The notes: a model not told the origin generated them from the letters alone. A DNA stretch of 64,000 bases from Microthyrium microscopicum (GCA_010405405.1 MU004237.1:879345-943344), one strand, 5' to 3'. Numbered from the stretch's first letter, positions 11,747-24,598 are shown. Numbers and translations: made by a program.

Positions 11747-14700
11747 TAAATCTAGTTAGGTCTTTATTAGGCTTAAGGGCTTTAGATAGTTATAGTTTAT
11801 CTTAAATAAAGTTTAATAAGATATTTATAGTTTTTTTCTACTTTATATTATTTAAGAAGACGTAGTCTAGCCTTTATAAGAGTCTATCTATAGAGTTTAT
11901 CTTTCCTAAATAGTGCTTAATATTAAACTTAAACTTAGTAAAGAAATCTACTTATTTTATATATATAGTAAAGATATTTTAGAACGTATTAAGTAAATAA
12001 AGGTTTATATAATTTATTAGGACTAAGAACTTTAGAATACTATATAAGTACTTATAAAAGACTCTTATAAAGTTAATAATAGCTAGGAACTCTTACTATA
12101 GGGTTCTATAGTAACTCTTAGGTCTTAATAGTTTCCTTAAGTAAAATACTATAGGTTACTATTAGCTCTTTTAGCTTAGCTTAGTTTACTTTTAGCTTAA
12201 AATATTATAGATTACTTACCTAGAGGTATCTATTTCTAAATAAGTTTCTAATATAGGATTATAGTAAGTAAGGATTAGTATATATATAAAGATAGTCTTT
12301 AGGTTATTAAAGAATTAAATAGCTTTAGGAGAGAGGTTAATAGGAACTAATTTTTTATTATATAGCTATTAGTCTTTTAGGGCTTATCCTAGAAGCTTCT
12401 TAGTTAAAGAGTTTAATAGGAAAGTAATATAAAAGAAGTTAGTAATAAAATATTAATAGTAGTTTATAAAGCTAATAAACTTTCTTACTTAGTATATATT
12501 ATATAGCGTTAGCTAATCTATAATTATTATAATCTATTCTAGTTCTACTATAGTATTATTTAAAATTATAATATACTTAAGATACTTAGTTTAGTCTATA
12601 TAGAAGCTATACTTTAATAGCTTAGTATATAACTTAAACTTAATAAGTCTTTTAAGTATCTCTTTTATATATTTAATATAATCTTTTTTATTCTTAAAGA
12701 AAATAAGAATATTATTAAGATAAATAATATAAATTATATTAATAAAGCTATATAGAGCTTAGTTAATATATACTTAGAAAGTAGTAAGAGCATTAGTAAG
12801 CCTAAAAGGTATTATTTAATACTTAAAGAACTTATATTTAGTTTAGAATGCTATCTTCTACTTATTATTAGTATAAATATAGATATAATAATATACTTTA
12901 TAAAGATTTAGGCTTATAAAGAGCTTAGCTCTTAATAGTTAGTTTAATAACTCTTTAATTAGTAGTAAAGTATAGTAGTTCTTAACTATAATATTATTTA
13001 AGCTTTTATAATCTATATATAAATATAAGGTACTATTCTTCTTCTTTATAAAGATAATTAGGGCTTTAATAAAAGACTAAGATTTATAAATAAATTTCTT
13101 CTTAAGATTTCTCTTAAGGTATTTATATAGAATAACTAGTTCTACTTTTAATAGGCTATAAATAGGCTAATAGAGTATAGTTATATCTAGCTTAAGATTA
13201 ATAGCTAAGTCTTATAGACTATATTCTACTAAATTCTATACTTTATTCTTACTAAAGACCTTTATAAGCTTCTTATAGTAATATAGTAAGTCTTATAGGC
13301 TAATATAGTCTAATAAACTTACTAAATACTTAAAGAGCTAAGTAGATCTATCTTAACTTAATTAGAGTAACTTCTTTAAAGAGATAAAGCTAATCTTACT
13401 ATAATAGTTATTTTTTAGATAAATAAAAGATAAAGTCTTAGCTTTAAAGTCTAGTAAGGGATTCTAGTTCTTAAGCTAAGATATTCTTATAATAATTATA
13501 TAATATAGTAAGTTTATAATATAAAATAATACTTTATTAGTCTTTAGAATCCTATTAGAGTTAACTACTATTATTTTAGTAGTTACTACTTTATAGATAG
13601 TTATAGGTATACTATTTAGGTACTTAGCTAACTCTTTTAAGAGATAATATATCTTTAGTTAAAGCTTCTTAGCTAAGGTATAGTTTATAATATTAAAATA
13701 AGTTTTACTATCTATTATTATGCTCTATAGTATATAATCTTAGTCTATTTAATTCTAAGTAGTCCTTTATAAGATAATTTAGTATAATTTTTTTAATTAG
13801 TATACCTTTTTATTTAGAATCTTCTTATTTCTTATTACTTTTAGGACTTAAGTAATAATAACCTTATAGAAGTTACTAAGAAGGTTAAGGACTAGATTAT
13901 TTATAATAGAAGCTATAAGATTCTAGTTAACTACTTTATAGCTTAGTCTTTTCTCTTAATTCTCTTTAGCTTTAAGTTAGAGTAGTTATAGGCTATATAG
14001 CTTACCTTATTATAGTTTTAGTACTTACCTTTATTAGAGTTACTAGGAAATAGCTATTTAACTTTAAGTATTATATTACTCTTTAGTTTATTTAGCTTTA
14101 AAGCCTTATTAAGAAGGCTTAGTTTAGACTTTTTTAACTTATTTCTCTAAGAACCTTATTAAGTCTTATCCTTTAAATTTATAGACGTTAAACGCTATTT
14201 AGAAGATTTACTATCTTTAGTATCTTTCTTAAGAGTAGTTAGTATCTTTTAATTACTAATAAGTCTTAAGTACTTTAAAATATATTAAGATAAGGCTTTT
14301 TTAGCTATCTTAACTATATAGTCTAGGTTAAAAATTATATTATTTTTAAGGTAAGTAGATAGTCTATTACTAAAGAATAATAGGTAAATTAATATATTAT
14401 TAATCTTATACTTATAAAAGAGAAGTATAAGCTTATTAAAGTATTCTTAGAAAGTCTTTTTCTCTATTATAGTAGTTAAGAGGCTCTAAAAAGCCTTATA
14501 ATGCTTCTTAATAGATAGATTAAAGAGTTTAAGAGCTTATTATTCTATAAAGGCCTATATAGGTTTGTATTAGTTTAGTTTAGCTAATTAGGTTTAAAAA
14601 TTAACGTAATTATTCTAGGTAGGTTATATAATCTTCTTATTAAGGTAATTATAGGCTTAGAGGACTACTAAGTATAGGTCCTCTTTATATTTCTTTATAG

Positions 14701-15574
14701 TAAGTATATTAGTTATATTAAAGACTTAATCCTTATACTCTTATAGACTTTTAGCTTTATATATCTATAGTTTATTATTACTATAAGCTAATTTAAAGCT
14801 ATTATATTTAATATAGGCTAAGATAGCTAAGCTAATATTATATTAACTCTATTTATTAATCTATTTAACTAAGTAGAGTTCTTTACGTTTATAGACTATT
14901 TTTATTATTTTAAGTTATTTAATTTTAAGTATATTATATATTTACTATATTTTAGCTTATAGCTATTCTAGCGTCTCTTTTATATTTATTACTAATTCTA
15001 GATAAGCTTATTCTATATTAGTAGAATTACTTATAGGGCTATTTAGTCCTATTAGAGTTAGTATAGCTATATTTAGTATAACTAGATTTAGTCTAGCTAG
15101 TTTTACTTTAGGGGCTTTACCCTTAGGTTTTATTAGTTTGTTACTTATAATTAATTATAGTATTTTAAAGGAAAAAACTTTATAAGTACTTTATTAGTAA
15201 GAAATAATTATAATATTAGAGATTAAAGTTATAAAGTAGGTAAGAAGGTTATAAGATATTTAATAGATTAGATATATAGAAATAGGAATAAGAGTAATTA
15301 CTAAAGAATTATAAAGAGATTCCTTAGCCTCTATCTTATTATTTAGAAACTTCTAAGATTTTTCTCTAAGTTAGAGTAGTCTATCTATAAGCTAAGGTAC
15401 CTTAGAGGTATACTTAGCTACTAATTATAATAGTTAAGAACTTATTAGTTCTTTTAACTATAGAATGTACTTAAAGCTAAAGAAGTAGCTCTACTAGCTT
15501 CTAATAGCTATTAAGCTAAGGTACTTAGGCTATAATACCTATCTTAGAGAGTCTGTTAGGTTTAATTCCTAATA
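11747..15574 (-). mobile_element. Chromoviral Ty3/gypsy element B, 5' part (candidate LTR, gag, protease, RT, RNase H)
   Basis: Minus-strand relics: IYLNNILIF (YLDD) ~12700-12730; PFRLTNA ~12790-12812; *KIAF*T ~12840-12862; protease IDS-like ~13710; CCHC knuckle relic GKY*NYNKVSYIAYN ~13985-14028. Candidate 5' LTR ~15250-15574 begins TATTAGG (=TGTTAGG); its partner LTR was not found in the window. Confidence 0.88.
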
Positions 15575-16818
15575 TCTAGCCCTTTTTAATTATTCCTAAT
15601 TTTATTGTTTTATAGTAGATCTTTATAATCTAATCTAAAAAGTTGACTTTAGTAATACTAGAGACTTTAAGCCTTACTAAATTACTAATAGCCTTTTTAT
15701 ACTAGTACTTATAAGGCTAAAATACTAAGACGTCTAGAGGTTATAGAATCTATAAAGTATAAGGTAATAAAAAGAAGGGAATTATTTTATTATTAAGGTA
15801 AAAGAAGAGGAAATTCTTTATAGTTTAACTCTTATAGCTATTAAGAATTAAGAGCCTAAATTTACTCTTTTAAAACGTCTTTATAGCTTTATTAAAGTGC
15901 TTTATCTAACTAAGAAGGATCTTATTATTTATATAAGCTAATTCTAAAATATTAAGATACTAATTATTAAGTAGGGATATTAAATAAACTTAATCTTTTT
16001 ATACTTTGCTAGATTTTAATTATAGAATAACTTATAGAGGAATATAATTACTAGTAATACTTATATACTCTACTATAGTAATAAGTTTCTAATTTAATTC
16101 CTTTAGAGCTATAATTTATTACCTCTTTTTACTTAAAGTTATAAGAATAATAATACTCTCTTTACTACTAATTTTAATATAGAATCCTCCTTTATTAATA
16201 TTCTAAAGATCTTTAGCCTAAATTCTAAGTCTCTAAAGCTTTCTTTTTAATTTATTATACTAATCTTTTATATCTTTTAGGTCTTTAGCTACTACTTATT
16301 TAAAATCTTTTAGATTATTAGTTTAGAGGGATAATTTAACGTAGAATTGCTTTATAAAGTAGCGCAATTAGTAATCTCTAAGTAGTAAAGGTTTAAAATC
16401 TAGTAGATTATTTAGATAGTCTTTAAGTAACTTATAAGTAGCTATTTTAATTATAAGAATATTCCTATTAATACCTAGCTTATAGAGATCCTTTATAAAT
16501 AAAATAATTGCTTATTCTTTATATTCTTAAAGATATATATTAGCTCTATATTATTTACTTCTTATTTTTACTCCTTAAAAGTAATTATTAAAGGTCTACA
16601 GATTTATACTATATATGCGCGTATATTCTAATTTAGACTTCTAACTATTACGTTTCTATATAGATAAAGCTTTAAGTATAATAATAAGACGTAAATTAAA
16701 ATAATAATATAATAGAGAATATGTAGGGAAATAGGATTAAGAAGATATATTTATTTTAGGCTAATTCTTAGCATTCTGGCGGGTGAACTAGCTAGCGGGT
16801 GAGCTGGCAGGCATCCCC
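15575..16818 (-). mobile_element. Fot1/pogo-like (Tc1/mariner) DNA transposon, 5' portion, RIP-inactivated
   Basis: Minus-strand relic shows an HTH/CENP-B-like N-terminus, *NINKGGF (=WN.DE.GF) at ~16182-16206, LNSYKS* (=LDGH.SH) ~15825-15845 and L*PLDV ~15727-15747. The terminus GGGGATGCC is flanked by TA (16819-16820) and has an internal direct repeat C(C/T)AG(C/T)TCACCCGC. Confidence 0.88.
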
Positions 16819-17968
16819 TAGCGGGGATGTCTAGTCTTAGGGATGGGTACTATAATGAATTCAATGCGCCACAGGGCTTTTTTTTTGGAGGACGTTCACC
16901 TCAGCCTTGAGCTTTGTGGTTCTATCCCTTGATTCATCTTGATGTAAGGCTGTCAGGCTTTAATACGTGGTTAAAACGCATGTACTTCAATTAGTACTTA
17001 ATACATAAGAGCTTTCATTTTTGCCGTTTGTTAGCGTCTAGAAAACTAAACCTTTGCCGTTGTTTACCACAGATTGAGCAGGCAGAGGTTGTGGAAGGAG
17101 TAAAATATGCTAACGACCATGATTTTTGCGAAGAAGCTGTAAAAACCTTTTTGGCAATGTAAACCACTGTACCTTCTATACCCAGCTTTCTAGTCGTTGA
17201 TACTGCACCCGATAATCATTCATATTGATTTACTTGTTCGCGGAACGAGTGAGAACACGTCAGAATTGTACTATCAAAACTCTAACACGTCTGGATTTGC
17301 AAAGAACTGGCAGAAAGACCTAGTCTAAGCACTTGTAAGGTTCAAAGCAGCCTCGCACTTGTACAGTCTCGGCAAGAAAATTTGCCTTTATATCAAAGAG
17401 ATTTCTCCTTATTATTTGGAGCCACGACCAATTCCGTATCCTTAACAAAGACCTTCCTTCCTCTTTAAACACCCATGCAGAAAATCCAAAAATGTTTCAA
17501 CTCCAAGCGCCTGTCAAAAGCGCGTTTGTTTCGGCTACCTCCCCAGCCGAACCCACTGATTTGTCGGCCCCAACTTCCCCAACCACGCCAGCCCACAAAC
17601 AGCCTTTTGCGCTGTTGGATATTAAGAGCGACAAGCGGAAGCGCCAAGTTCCGATCTTCAAACTTCATGTGGTTGAGAAGTTCGGAACATAAGCTATCCG
17701 TTTCACAGATGACCTTCACTGGCTGAACAACCACTGGCCCTGCGTTTGTGCCCCCGCCTAGCTCAGTATTTTAAGCGAACGTTGAATTGTTTTGGCTGGC
17801 GTTGATTTGGTTAAATTGGCTCGTTGGGTATAAGATGCGAGAAATGGTCATCTGCCGGTGAGAACGTGATTGTTTGTTGGTCTTTGTTGAAGACGTTGCT
17901 TTCTTGTTCTTCCGAGACTGCTTCTGTTGCTTTTATTCTACGTTGTGCGAATTGAAGATTTGGTCAAT

Positions 17969-19031
17969 ATGAAGTTCTTGCTCACTGCCTTGTTGGCGGG
18001 TTTCGTGGCTGCAGATGCGCACGATGAGAGGGCAAAGTGCATTTCGCAGAGTCAACCGAATCCGATTTGGGATGTGTATCCAGGAAATATCACTGGAACG
18101 ATCAATTCGACAATTGCGATTCTTCCTATTCCATATTCACTCGCACGATCAATAATTCCGGCCAAATACACTATCTTGAAGAATGCCTACCAATCGCTTC
18201 TTCCACATCTGGCACACGACATGTACCCAGCTGTTTTGCAGACAGTCAGAGACCACGAAGTTCGATTCGGAGAATACAAGATCGACGACTTTTCGGTAAG
18301 ATGAATATTGGCATGAGGTGAGTTGAAGCTAACCTTTCCAGCGCGCATCCATCGATTTCCCTTTCGTCGACCTGCTCGGAGACGGCCATACGTCATTTCG
18401 ATGGTCCCCTACAATGCTCATCACCGCCGCAAACCAAATGGCTCAACACGGAGCCGGTGAATACGGAACGACAGTGTATCCAGCAACCTTCGAGCCAGAG
18501 TGCAATGCGTATGAGTTCACTGAAGACGGACAATCCACATATTTCCGAGCACGAGGAGAGATTGATGGCAAGGAAGGGCTTGTCGACACCATTTTCAAGA
18601 GTGCAGAGCGTCAGCCAGCTGATTATGCTGGGTTCATGAGCTTTTTGATCAATGCGACGAACCAGCCCAGTTTCGCAGATGGAAAGCAGTGTGACTACTA
18701 CGTTCGACTGTTCAACACAACGCTGTCCACTGGCGAGAATGCTGCTGTTCCTGTGCAAGGATCAGTGCGGGCAAAGATGAATCTCTTCGACGAAGAGATG
18801 AAATGGGACAGCGTTTTTGGCGTGCGAGTCGACACTGCGTTCATCGAGAACCATTTGTATAGCTGTGAGGGCTTACGCGGATTTGATGGCATTGGTGAAC
18901 AAAAGATGGAAATTGCCTGGCCTCATGAGCCAGCAACGACCAACTCGACTTTCTTGCCAGCTTTCAGTCTTTCTGGAATGCAGGTGTTGGCCAACTATCT
19001 CATATCTCCAATCAAGCGTGTGGTAGCTTGA
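17969..19031 (+). CDS. Secreted protein of unknown function
   Basis: Signal peptide MKFLLTALLAGFVAA; intron 18296-18341 (GTAAG..GCTAAC..CAG) joins the two ORF-track pieces in frame. Confidence 0.8.
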
Positions 19032-19324
19032 ATCTGAAAACGATACGATCAACCCAAAACCCAGAGGCCTTGAAGAAATAGCGCGCCGATCTCTCTGAAG
19101 CAACAAAATGCTGGTCCGCGGGAAAACTCGTTGATCTGATAAGCCCACATCATACAGCGTAAATCAGTCGATGCGCATGAATCTAGATATCAACCAGCTG
19201 GAAACGCCGGATCGCGACGAATGAAGAGCTAGAGAGCCATAGATAAGATGGGTGCATCCGCAATTTGACTCGAGTTAGCGGTGGAAATTCTGGGAAACTG
19301 GAGGAGTGCGGCGGTTTGCAGATG

Positions 19325-19338
19325 TCGGCACCCTCCGA
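19325..19338. promoter_or_regulatory. UaY/Pco-1-type purine-induction site TCGG-N6-CCGA
   Basis: TCGGcaccctCCGA lies ~265 bp upstream of the xanA ATG, with several GATA cores nearby. Confidence 0.75.
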
Positions 19339-19602
19339 TGGCCAGTTTGGCAGGGGTTGATTGGAGTGGCAATCTGGCAATCTTCTTCAATCCTCCCCCA
19401 CACCACAGCACCATGTCACTGTTGAAGATAGAAGCTCTAAGAGCTCATCTGATACTCTAAAGTAGAGTAGAAGCAGATATAAGGATAGCAATGTCTCTAC
19501 AATCCAGAGTTTCATTCTTCCAGCCACAAATACAAACAACTTCATACAACATACACATCACTTCCTATCCATCTCTCATCTCAAAGACATCCCTCAATCA
19601 CA

Positions 19603-20848
19603 ATGACTGTCGACACCACTATTCGAGTCCAGCCTTTGGAAGCTCCCAAGGGTTCAGAAATTGACTTTGGTGCTGCCATCTCTGGCATCAACCTTGAGAA
19701 ACTCACTGGTAAGCTTTACATTCTGACGAAATGAGATCACATATAATGGAGCACTCCGTGGATCGGTAACCTCCTTTGGTAAGCGAAATGGGACAATCAA
19801 CAACACAACAGCAAACTGACCCATCATAGACGCCGACTTTGACCTCATCCGCGATACCCTCTTCAAGAACCAAGTCGTTCTATTCAAAGGCCAGGGCCAC
19901 ATCAGCCCCAAAGCCCAATTTGAGCTCACAAACCGCTTCGACCCCGAAGCCACCTCTTACGGCCACGGCAAGACCCTCGATGCTAAACGCTCGATTCTCC
20001 ACCCCGATCTTAAGACCATCCCACATCAGCCTCAAGTCCAAGTCATTGGCAATGGAAAGATCGAGGAGTACGAAGGCCTCAAGAACATCCAGCTCCGCCA
20101 CCCACACCACCGTACATTCCACAAGACCATCATCCCAGACGCTGATGACCTCGACTTCACCCGCTTCTACCGCTGGCACATTGACGCCGCCCTCTATGGT
20201 CTCGCACCACCAGTCGTCACCACCCTTCTCGCTGTAAAGGTCCCCGCCGGCCGCCGCCAGACACTCCGCTACGACGATGGAACTGGCGAGGAGCTAGATG
20301 TCCCACTTGGCACAACCGCTTTTGTCTCCGGCTACGCCATGTATGACCGTCTATCCGAGGAAGACAAGGCATATGTGCGCGGCACCAAGGTTGAATACGC
20401 ACCACACCCATACGTCTGGATGAGCGGTGCCAAGAGCCGGCCAACCGGTCTTGGAATGGAGAGCGACAACCTCGAAATCGCCCTCAAGGATTTGCCAGAA
20501 ATCGAGGAAGACAAGATCCAGATCCTACCCATGTGCTGGCGCAACCCTGTCACCGGCAAACTTGCTGTGCAGATCCACCCCAGTGCTGTCCGCAAGCTAC
20601 ATTTGGCTGACGGCACTGTCATTGACGATCTCAAGGAGGTGCGCGAGATTGTTTACAACATCCAGCGCCCTGCTATCGCGCCACAACATGTCTATGCGCA
20701 TGACTGGGAGGAGGGTGATCTTGTGCTATTCCATAACCGTGGAACTCTCCACTCTGTCGTTGGCGCTTTTGCTGAGGATGAGGTACGCTTGTTCAGACAG
20801 TGCAATGTTGCTGGCTCTTCTTTCCCAGAAGGACCAAAGGACGAGTAA
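19603..20848 (+). CDS. xanA: Alpha-ketoglutarate/Fe(II)-dependent xanthine dioxygenase (TauD family)
   Basis: Intron 19709-19829; motifs FYRWHIDAALY, RYDDGTGEELDVPLGTTAFVSG and HDWEEGDLVLFHNRGTLHSVVGAF. Confidence 0.92.
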
Positions 20849-21316
20849 CTCGATTTTTCGACTGGACATTGGATACACTGCTAGATTGCGATTGTTAGAC
20901 AGCATCATTTCATTACGACCTTATGATATACACTTGTAGAATATTAGAAACAAATAGAATCCTTCACTATCTCAATTCGCTACACTTCTTCAAAAATGAT
21001 TTTCTCTATCAACACTTGCTAATCGCTAAATGGTCAAATGGCTTATAGCAGGAAATGTATTAGCACGTCTTTTTGAGATCTTAGGACATGAAATTAAAGC
21101 CCCATCGGTCAAGCTCCAAGTCAACCTACGACCTATCAGCTGTGGAGATTGTTGCCTTAGAATCCTGAGTTCATCTCCCCCAAGCAACTAGTGCTGAGGA
21201 TCATTTTCAGAAGTAACATCAACATCGCAGCTCCATCCAAAACTCCGTTACAAATCACAGCTGATTACTCCCGCCTTCTCAACGCTTCATAGCAACCTCT
21301 CGCCCTGAAAGTCATC

Positions 21317-22207
21317 ATGTCACAAGTAACCAAATCTCTCTACATCAGCGCCTACCCTCTAGCCACAAATCTCAACCTCCTAAAAAGACTGGGCATAACC
21401 AACGTTATCAACATGACCTACGAATTCCCCAACGCCTTTCCAGACGACTTTGAATACCTACACATACCCGCAAAAGACACGCTTTCCGAACGCTTGACTT
21501 CAACATTTCCAGAAATCGCTGCCTTCGTGTCAAAAGCTACAGAAAGCGGCGGCAAAGCTCTCATTCATTGCCAAGAAGGCGTTTCGAGAAGTGCGACTGC
21601 TGTTTTAGCTTGTTTGATCATTAATCAACATATGAGTCTCGGAGCAGCGTTCAAGTTGTTGAAGGAAGCGAAAGGGGATGTGGAGCCAAATAACACGTTT
21701 TTGAAAGAGTTGAGGAGGTTGGAGTTTGAGACACTGGGTAGCTGGACGAGGGAGAAGTTGACGCCGCTTGATTTGTGTGAAGATGTGAGACCGCTGGATT
21801 GGAGGGAGAGTTTGGCGATTATACAGGCTAATGCTGTAAGATCGGAAGTTCCTGTTGATAGCAATGAGAAGGAACTGGAAGTTATCAAACAGACTTTTGG
21901 AGAAGTCATGAAGGAAGGAAAAGACGCGGTGGCTAAGCTTATCTTGGAGTTTATATTTGCTGGTGTGGAGAACTTTGGAGGCTTGAATAGGAGCGCTGGT
22001 GCGGCTTTGGAGGAGTGTATCATACGGGGAGCTGAAGGGTCGGCGAAGCTATCTTCGTTGGAGTTGAGGGATATGCTGCATGGCCTGGAGAGGAGTGAAG
22101 ACTTTAGAGATTTGCTTATTGATGTGCCGAGTGCAAAGCGCTGGCTTGATGGATTTATGGATTTGCTACAGAGAAATCATGAGAAGATATTGGCTATAGA
22201 GGATTAA
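21317..22207 (+). CDS. Dual-specificity protein phosphatase with MA3-like C-terminal helical domain
   Basis: Intronless 296-aa ORF with catalytic IHCQEGVSRSAT and EPNNTF; the C-terminus has DLLIDVPSA..WL. Confidence 0.88.
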   Translation: MSQVTKSLYISAYPLATNLNLLKRLGITNVINMTYEFPNAFPDDFEYLHIPAKDTLSERLTSTFPEIAAFVSKATESGGKALIHCQEGVSRSATAVLACLIINQHMSLGAAFKLLKEAKGDVEPNNTFLKELRRLEFETLGSWTREKLTPLDLCEDVRPLDWRESLAIIQANAVRSEVPVDSNEKELEVIKQTFGEVMKEGKDAVAKLILEFIFAGVENFGGLNRSAGAALEECIIRGAEGSAKLSSLELRDMLHGLERSEDFRDLLIDVPSAKRWLDGFMDLLQRNHEKILAIED

Positions 22208-22287
22208 ATGTATACTGGAAGCATTTTGCGTCCTATCTGATTCTCATGGACCTCATCACATCTATAATATGAGTGGTTTCAAATTTC

Positions 22288-23088
22288 TCACGTCTCTGGT
22301 TCTCTCGTCAAGAATGTGAGCTTCGGTTTTTGTCTGCCATTGAACTTCTCATCGGTAGCGAAAGCCATTTCCTCAATCTGTGAATGGAAACCACATTTTT
22401 CATAAAGAGGTACTCCGAATGATGTAGCTTCAACGACGCCCTGTATAGCCTCTACGTTAGTCTACATAGAGAACAGAGAGAATAGAAAGCATTGGAAGTA
22501 TGAATTCTTACCTGAAGTCTCAGCTCATCCGCCTTCTTGTTTCCCCAGTCGACAAGAGCTTTCCCAGCACCCATTCTTTGATAGTCAGGATGGATCGCCA
22601 GTAACTCCAGAGCTATCGAACATGAGATATAACAACTCTCTCGGGCGATAACTTCACTAACCATAAACGCCTTTGCCGTTAGATTCCGTAATTGCTTGGT
22701 TTCGCGGATAGACGAAATTTTTCCACAACTGTACTACAAACTCGCGATTCTCTCCATCTGGCCAATGCTTTTCGAGATTTTCGATATCTCCAAGATATGA
22801 GGGCAGTGGCTTAGCGAGATGAGCCCAGATAGCAATCCCGATGATCTTTGAAGGTTCGCCAGAGTCAGAGTCCAGCACGGCTTTCAAGAAGGTTGTATCC
22901 TTGCCCACCAGCTTCCAGGCCAGAAACCGTTCGGAGCCACTGGCTCGGCCTGCTGGCGTATCGTGGTTGGGATAGAGATTGTTGACCAATGGAGCGTTGT
23001 GGGAGAAACTCTCGGAGAGGACCTGGAAGGCTGTTGGGACGTCGTCGTCTTCGAGAAGGGCGACTGTGACCTTGGGTCTGGAATTCAT
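22288..23088 (-). CDS. GNAT-family acetyltransferase
   Basis: Three exons; LELLAIHPDYQRMGAGKALVDWG (motif A) and EATSFGVPLYEKCGF. Confidence 0.9.
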
Positions 23089-24598
23089 CGTGGCTCTTAT
23101 CAAAGAAGTCAGTCTGGTTGATCGATTGGGTTCCGAGTCTTGAAAGTAAGTAGGCTGAGGATTAGAGGTTGTCTGAAGAATGAGAGGCTTCATGTAAGAT
23201 GGCAGTAGCCTGTAACCACCTGCATCATTTCATGCTGACGCGAAGCAAAGAGCAGACAAGAGCTTTGAACCCCTGGGAAGCTCACAGCGAGACCATCGAG
23301 TTTTGATAAAAACATTACATTAAATTCGACATATGTATACGCCAGTATCCCCATAAAATTCGCGTTCCCTTATTGCTGTGGAATAATGTACATTAAAGAT
23401 GCAGAGCCGCATGCAACAGGGGGCCTCCCAGCTCTCGCGCAACTTCAATTGTCCAGGGCCCTTGTCGCATCTCTTCATCCATCTCAACCTCATTCTCTGT
23501 ATCGGTAGTAGTCTCGATCTCTCTGCGCTCTGATGATCATCTGGGGTATTTTCGATCGGAGACGAGCTACACCCTTGGCCCCGCATAGGGATTCAAGGTC
23601 TGGTCGATCAAGGTAGAATCGGCGGGTCATTGGACGTGGTCGCGACATGATTGATGGAAGCTATCAATGTGTTAATTGTCCGCTGAATGTTACACGAACA
23701 TATGATGAATATGAACTTTGGAGCACTGATTGCTTACTTTCGGGACGTCGGGTAGCACGGCGTTCAATCGCGACGAGTCTAACTCTTGTACGTGTTCTCC
23801 AGACATGATGGCTTGTATGTGCTGGTTTTCTGATGAGGTTTTCGATTCAACGCGTTGTATTGCTGTTGGTATCCTTGGGTCAATTGATTAGAGCAGGATT
23901 ATTGAAGGTGAAAGGATGGCTTCCGGATATACCCCATGTTATCAATCCAGAATTCCTTGAATCAGGGGTCCCATTTGCGCCACCACCGTTCGAATTGTGG
24001 TTAGCGCAATCGACGACGACATCGAAACTCAGCTTTATCTTCCGCGTGATCGTCATTCATACTGTGAGTGTTACAACTAACCTTTATCATTGCATATATT
24101 TGTTTCAAGAGCTTGGAAAACTTGGAACTAGATTGTAGCGGTGTCTGCTTACACGAAAGTCCGGCAAAATATTCATGGAGTTATCCATATTCGGCCTCCT
24201 CCTTTTTCGACGAGGTCCGATCTACTCCGCTTGTCGCGTAACGCGTCGTCAGATGCTCATCTTTCAATAACTGAGCGCTGAAAGCTTGCAAATAGCCCAA
24301 GGTTCATTTCGTCGAGCTTTGAAACCTTTATGTCGACTACTCTCGAGAAACCGAGTGTCAGGTACCTGAATCCAATGCGATGCGTAAGGTTTTCCAGCAA
24401 CACATCTCAACAATGAGTCGAGCCGCAGAGATAGCTCCTGCACCTACGTCGCACCTTGACTAGTTTGGTTTTGAGTTTCTTGACCAACATCATGATCTGA
24501 TGACGAATTATTGGATTCTCAACGAAAATGTTGCCCAAGAATTACAAGCTCCACGTGGAACTCTGATATGCAGCATGTTAACTATCAGTAACAGGCCA

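Larger units (their letters stand above)
1..16820. repeat. AT-rich, RIP-degenerated transposon block
   Basis: No ORFs in the track; strong TpA excess and CpA/TpG depletion; recognisable TE motifs carry only C>T/G>A changes; sharp return to normal composition near 16.8 kb. Confidence 0.97.

Noticed and set aside
17465..17734. Overlapping short ORFs near the RIP boundary
   Set aside because: No consistent gene model; at most a degenerate fragment.
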